From Candidatus Eiseniibacteriota bacterium (GTDB lineage Bacteria > Eisenbacteria > RBG-16-71-46 > JAFGJU01): 64,000 bases of DNA. Made by a program: the position numbers and the translations under genes. A model generated the notes under the pieces. The model saw only the letters and a program-made list of their open reading frames with translations. It was not told the origin of the DNA and did no database searches. Location: contig JAPLKG010000003.1 of the NCBI GenBank assembly GCA_026388185.1, forward strand, positions 22,871-86,870. The letters run 5' to 3'. Positions within the stretch are counted from its first letter, which is position 1, and every line of letters starts with the position of its first letter. Positions 59,346-64,000 of this stretch are shown here, one piece after another.

Positions 59346-60472
59346 CTTCGCGGATTCCTCATGAAACGGTAGGTTCTCTCCAGCAAGAGCTGCCGGAAGG
59401 TCCGGTTTCTTTGCACTCCCAGAATGCAGTGCCTGCAAAAACCCGACCAAATCTTGCCAAGATTTCGTATGAAACTGAGATGCTTCTCGTTCCGCCATAT
59501 CCGTGCCAGGTCTTCGTTCCGGATGTTTCCCAAATGATAGTCACCGAAAAACGGACAAGGCAGCACATTGCCGTAGGGGTCAACGGTGACCTTGAAGCGG
59601 GCGACGTAGCATTTCTTGTTGCCGAATCGGCCCGTGACCAGGTTTCGGGCCTTGAGACAATCCACGTTCTCGGTCATCAGAGCGATCCTCATGCCGCGCG
59701 CTTCCTTTTTCAGTTCACGCACTTTCCGCTTCAGCGTCCGGGCTTGTGCTTGATCGACTAAGATGGAGTCTCCCTGGAAAATGTAATATGGATTGGGTCT
59801 GATACCATTTATGCTTGCGTGATCGACCATCTCCGGAAGGAATTCGCCTGCGTATTCCAAATGCATCAAATCCAGGCCCACAGCCTCTGCAAAGGATAGG
59901 ACCTTCTCGAACGCGTCGACGTTGAACTTGGAGATGGTGGTGTTGCAGTGTAATAACGGGCGCTTCTTCTCACCTCGGGCTCTCTTGACCGCTTCTATGC
60001 AGTTTAGCACCTTGTCGTAGGAACCGTCTTTACCTCTTACGAGGTCTTGACTCTCCCCAACTCCGTCGACGGACAGCCACAGGTCATCCAGACCGGCTTG
60101 AACCAAGCCCTCCGCCGTGGCCCGATCCATAAGATTACAATTCGTGACCAAATCGGCTTCTATGGGGTATTTCTTGATATGAGAAATCAAAGGAATCACG
60201 ACTTCCTTTCGCAGAAGCGCATCTCCCCCAAAAAGCTCGATGTACTTTACTCCCAGGCCATAACACATATCTACGGTTCGTTGCCACTCTGCCAGGCTAA
60301 GCTCCTCCCCGGTTTGCCTCCTCTGCCACATACTGCAAGTCTTACAGCCGGAGGTGCAGCGATACGTGATGAAGAAGAGCGCGTCTCGCGGTTTGACGAG
60401 ATGGTAGTCTATCTCTCGCCGAGAAAGATATCCCAGTTGCCGAGCGACTTTTCCGAAAAAAGTTGAGATCAC
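59324..60472 (-). CDS. Radical SAM / SPASM domain protein
   Basis: CTSGCKTC, GGD, C-terminal C..A....VDPYGNVLPC...LGNI...C..C. Confidence 0.9.
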   Translation of the reverse strand: MISTFFGKVARQLGYLSRREIDYHLVKPRDALFFITYRCTSGCKTCSMWQRRQTGEELSLAEWQRTVDMCYGLGVKYIELFGGDALLRKEVVIPLISHIKKYPIEADLVTNCNLMDRATAEGLVQAGLDDLWLSVDGVGESQDLVRGKDGSYDKVLNCIEAVKRARGEKKRPLLHCNTTISKFNVDAFEKVLSFAEAVGLDLMHLEYAGEFLPEMVDHASINGIRPNPYYIFQGDSILVDQAQARTLKRKVRELKKEARGMRIALMTENVDCLKARNLVTGRFGNKKCYVARFKVTVDPYGNVLPCPFFGDYHLGNIRNEDLARIWRNEKHLSFIRNLGKIWSGFCRHCILGVQRNRTFRQLLLERTYRFMRNPRRWFGSVR

Positions 60473-60544
60473 TCTGATTCCTCCGGCTGCCGGCCTTCAC
60501 CGAGCCTCCGACAGAACCCCCGACGCTGCAAAGCGTGAGTCAGG

Positions 60545-61666
60545 TCAAGTGTTGGACAAAACCATCTTCTTGAGCCGCACGAGAATCCCGAACCTCCTGA
60601 GATAGTCTCTCAGTCTGAAGTCGAGCCAGAAAGGCATTCGCGCGTAAGCTCTGTTCTTCAGGATGTAGTACCTCACGTGTCTGTGGACCGATTCAGTCCA
60701 GCACATCTTGTAAGGATCGTCGTAACCCAGGAGGTCGTACGTCTTCAACCCTCGGTCGAACAGACTCTCTACGATGAATTGGTCCAACACGCCCCCCGGC
60801 GAACCCTGCTTGAAGCGTTCATCATATTCCGCCTTGAGACCGAACTCCGTTTGACCACTACGCAGGTGGTATTCATACGCTATGGGAATGGAATTCAATA
60901 TCAATAGCCACAACACCAGGAATCGCTCCTGATTCGCCCATCTAGCTAAGTTAACGTAAAAATTCAGACTTTCCTTAGTGGAAAAAGCGGAGCTGCCTCT
61001 GCCGCCCTGCCAGCTTTTTCGGGTGACGTTCTGAATTTGCGCCAGCAGGCCGTCAAGATCGTCTATCTGTGAGTGCTCCTCTATTCTAAAGTCCCCCGAT
61101 TCTCCCAGTCGCCGCTGTCGATTTCTCATGTTCTTTCTGAATTTCCTGGAGCGTGTGGCCAGAAAGCTGTTCCAATCGGATTGAATGGAAATGTAGGGGG
61201 ACAGGCGGATCATTCTCTTGCCCCAGAGAAGCCGGGCGTCTCCGCACTTCTTCTCGATCAGATCGATGACCGGCGAACTCTCCAATATGTCTTCCAGCTT
61301 GAGCAGATCCCAGTTGTTTCTTCTCCACAGATGGTCGAGAATCTTCTCCGCGCCGGCCGTATTGTCCGGCGGAAAGATGAAGTCGATCTTGGGCGACTGG
61401 TGGTTGGCCATGAATTCGATGATCCTCATGGGGAATCCCATGTAGGACCCTCTCGAGATCATCAGCGGAGCTATGGCCAGGACCTTCTGCTCCTGCCTGG
61501 CAACCAGAACATAGAGTTTTTTCTTCGTGCCGAAGCTGTCCCACCAGATCCTGAACCACTGATGCATGTAGAACGGCTTTTCGTCCGAGTGGCCGCGCAA
61601 GAGTCCGTTCCATTCGGATTCCAGTCGTAGAAAACTCTCGTAATCGGTGATTTCGACTATCTGCAT
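60545..61666 (-). CDS. CelD/BcsL-type GNAT acetyltransferase
   Basis: EWNGLL, W...WW..F, IAPL, SPG, YDLLG...YK..W. Confidence 0.85.
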   Translation of the reverse strand: MQIVEITDYESFLRLESEWNGLLRGHSDEKPFYMHQWFRIWWDSFGTKKKLYVLVARQEQKVLAIAPLMISRGSYMGFPMRIIEFMANHQSPKIDFIFPPDNTAGAEKILDHLWRRNNWDLLKLEDILESSPVIDLIEKKCGDARLLWGKRMIRLSPYISIQSDWNSFLATRSRKFRKNMRNRQRRLGESGDFRIEEHSQIDDLDGLLAQIQNVTRKSWQGGRGSSAFSTKESLNFYVNLARWANQERFLVLWLLILNSIPIAYEYHLRSGQTEFGLKAEYDERFKQGSPGGVLDQFIVESLFDRGLKTYDLLGYDDPYKMCWTESVHRHVRYYILKNRAYARMPFWLDFRLRDYLRRFGILVRLKKMVLSNT

Positions 61667-62800
61667 CTAATGGTCTAGAAGTTGACGAAAACACTCTCGA
61701 TGACGGTCTATCATCTGCGTCAGAGAGAACTTCTCCCGGACGATTCTTTGATTTGTCTTCCCCATCGCGTTTCTGAGTCCGGCGTCATTCAGAAGCAACG
61801 TGATCTTCTCGGCCAACGCCGCGGAATCGTCAGGCGGAACCAGGAAACCACCCTCTCCCTCTACCACGAGCTCCGGCGTGCCCCCGACCGACGCAGCTAC
61901 GACGGGCAACCCGCTGGCCATATACTCCAGGATGGTGTTGGACAGTCCCTCAGATCGAGAAGACAAGACGCCCAAATCCAACACGTCAAGATAGGGAGTC
62001 ACATCCTCAACAACTCCCGTCCACGTTACCTTCCGTCCTATTCCCAAGTCATCGGAGAGCCGTCTCAGTCGCCGAGTTTCTGCCGCTTCCCCGTCGCCCA
62101 CTATCAGGAACCTGGCTTGAGGAACGTCCCCGGCCACTTGGGCGGCCGCGCACAAGAAGCCCTCGATATTCTTGATCGGCCGCAAATTCGACACTAGCCC
62201 CACGGTCAGTTCCCCGTCTCGAACACCCAGTTCTTGTTTGAGCTCGTTGGGCGACTTGTCGGTAACTCTTCCGAATTTCTGATATTCTATTCCGTTGTAG
62301 ATGACGCCCACCTTGTCTCGAGGAACGCCCAGCTTCAGAATCAAGCTCTCCCTGACCGCCTGGCAGTTGACCAGGTAGCGATCCACCCTGGTACTCACTA
62401 CTTTCAACGCAAGGATTCGACTGCGATTCAGATCGTGTCCCAGGTTGCGTTGGGTGGAGACGATTTTCCTCGCCCTACCCCATCTGGCGGCCATCACGCC
62501 CGCCAGATTCGAATCGGGAAAATAGGTTTGCACTATGTCGAACTTCTCGTTCCGTATGAAGGCTACCAGTCGTCGGATCTTCAGCCAGGCGCCGGGATTC
62601 CTGAAGGAAGTAATTCCTACGACGAACTTGGGACAGTCGAAGTAACCGGTCTCGATCCAAGAGCTGTGCCTAAGCACCGCCAGATGCACTTCAAATTCAT
62701 TCCGATCCAGACCGTTGACGAGTTTCGAAAGCTGCCCTTCCGTTCCACCGCCAATGTGACCGACGTGATCGATGACGAACAGTATCTTAGTTCTTCTCAT
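61667..62800 (-). CDS. GT4 glycosyltransferase
   Basis: GGTE, NLRPIKN, EGLSNTILEYMA, VGGTPE; start MRRTK. Confidence 0.9.
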   Translation of the reverse strand: MRRTKILFVIDHVGHIGGGTEGQLSKLVNGLDRNEFEVHLAVLRHSSWIETGYFDCPKFVVGITSFRNPGAWLKIRRLVAFIRNEKFDIVQTYFPDSNLAGVMAARWGRARKIVSTQRNLGHDLNRSRILALKVVSTRVDRYLVNCQAVRESLILKLGVPRDKVGVIYNGIEYQKFGRVTDKSPNELKQELGVRDGELTVGLVSNLRPIKNIEGFLCAAAQVAGDVPQARFLIVGDGEAAETRRLRRLSDDLGIGRKVTWTGVVEDVTPYLDVLDLGVLSSRSEGLSNTILEYMASGLPVVAASVGGTPELVVEGEGGFLVPPDDSAALAEKITLLLNDAGLRNAMGKTNQRIVREKFSLTQMIDRHRECFRQLLDH

Positions 62801-63923
62801 GAGAGACTTCCGATTTGTGTGGAAGGAACAGTCTTTTGATTCGCTCCTTGACCGGCCACCACACGAGCAAGGGCAGACCGGCCAGGCCGCGCTGGAAGCC
62901 GCAGAAAAGCACAGTTCGACGGAACTCCTTCGTCCAATGCCACTTGTACTCGTGTTCTCCGCGCAGGAAATCAAACTCTCGGACGGACTTTGCTATCAGG
63001 TCTTCCACAACGTAGCCAAGCATGGCCGCGCCCACTCGATTCTTCTCGAATTGAGGGTCATAGCCGGTCTGATAGTCATAGTACTTCGAACCATAAAGGT
63101 AGCCGTAACGGAATGCAACCGGACGCTGATCGACCTCGAGGAAAGCCAAGTAGAGCCAACCGTTGCCGGCAATGACCTGAGACAGTTTGAGATGAAAGGC
63201 CAGGTAGTTCTTTCTACAAAAGTTACCCGTCTCACCCTTTTTCTGCCGTGACAGACGGTGCAGGCGAGCCGCCTGTTCAAAGGCGTGGGGCAGAGAAGCG
63301 GGGTCTTCTGCGAGAACGAGCTTGACTGCGGAGGAACTCTCCAGTTTCTTGCGCGTCCTCTTGACGGCGCTTCTCTTCTTGTAGGAATACGAATTCAAGA
63401 GCTCGTCCAAGCTTGAGGGCAGTCTCAAGTAAGGACACACATTGAAATTTCTCTGCCACACGAACACGTTCCCGCCGGAAAGGAGCTTCTTGAGCAAAGG
63501 CAAGACCGGGGAGTTTGCGTCTACATCTGAGAGATATAGAACGTCCCAGCTTTCCTTGTTTCTCATCAAGGCCTCGACTATTTCCGTCACTATCTCTTCA
63601 TAATCCTGCTCGGCCACAATGAAATCCAAATATTCCGGCGAAACCGGTGAACCGTACCCGATGAACTCAAGTAGTCTTACCGGAAAAAGACCGAGCGTCT
63701 TTCGTGAGCTTATCTTCAAGGGGGCAAGACCGACCAGTTTCCCGCCGGCATCCCTGACCGCGACTACAAAAAGAACGGAGTTCGTCCCAAAAAATTCCCA
63801 CCAGGTCGAAACCCATTCCCAGGTCAGAAAGATGTTTGCGTTGCTCCGGGACAGGAGCTGATTCCACTCTGCCCTGTAAGCTCCAAGCTCGTCAAAATTG
63901 GAAATGATGTCGGCGTGGAACAT
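62787..63923 (-). CDS. CelD/BcsL-type GNAT acetyltransferase
   Basis: FLTWEWVSTWW, LVGLAPL, YQTGYDP, FDFLRGEHEYK.HW. Confidence 0.88.
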   Translation of the reverse strand: MFHADIISNFDELGAYRAEWNQLLSRSNANIFLTWEWVSTWWEFFGTNSVLFVVAVRDAGGKLVGLAPLKISSRKTLGLFPVRLLEFIGYGSPVSPEYLDFIVAEQDYEEIVTEIVEALMRNKESWDVLYLSDVDANSPVLPLLKKLLSGGNVFVWQRNFNVCPYLRLPSSLDELLNSYSYKKRSAVKRTRKKLESSSAVKLVLAEDPASLPHAFEQAARLHRLSRQKKGETGNFCRKNYLAFHLKLSQVIAGNGWLYLAFLEVDQRPVAFRYGYLYGSKYYDYQTGYDPQFEKNRVGAAMLGYVVEDLIAKSVREFDFLRGEHEYKWHWTKEFRRTVLFCGFQRGLAGLPLLVWWPVKERIKRLFLPHKSEVSHEKN

Positions 63924-63943
63924 GCGATTGCCTCAAGAATCCC

Positions 63944-64000
63944 TTACGCGTCGATCCATGGTCTGACTTTCCGGGGGGTACTATAACAGAGGAAGCCAAA
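63944..64000 (-). CDS. 3' end of an upstream gene cut by the window edge
   Basis: Manual translation ...FGFLCYSTPRKVRPWIDA-stop, ending 20 bp before the next ATG. Confidence 0.45.
   Translation of the reverse strand, partial: FGFLCYSTPRKVRPWIDA

Noticed and set aside
59324..60472. Radical SAM/SPASM as maturase of the Cys-rich peptide at 50892
   Set aside because: About 8 kb away, embedded in the EPS operon, no RRE domain; the precursor has an export signal, favouring disulfides

Overview
Window from a GC-rich diderm bacterium (TolC, TonB receptor). The C-terminal T[ST]WGx[IV]KxxF tails hint at an Eisenbacteria/Krumholzibacteriota/Latescibacterota-like lineage; this is inference only. The left ~8.2 kb looks like the end of a genomic island bounded by an initiator tRNA-Met fragment at 8221-8246. 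It carries the main find: a minus-strand operon Ubl(ends GG) - E2(UBC-like) - JAB(tandem active + degenerate) - E1 - RING-like Zn finger. The last gene runs off the window edge and is missing from the ORF track. Upstream, a TPR/CFI-box gene and a degenerate-PfkB/AAA ATPase fusion are driven by a similar promoter. The rest looks like core genome: ABC-F ATPase, two-component genes, TetR-TolC-MFP-RND efflux, glgC, a TonB receptor-SBP-kinase-deacetylase-ArnT operon, MFS, RRM protein, secreted paralogues, a Spy/CpxP-like protein, amrB, a reductive pyrimidine catabolism operon lacking an ureidopropionase, a Cys-rich halocin-C8-like precursor with a possible immunity gene, and an exopolysaccharide locus. 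All calls come from reading motifs by eye; no database searches were run.
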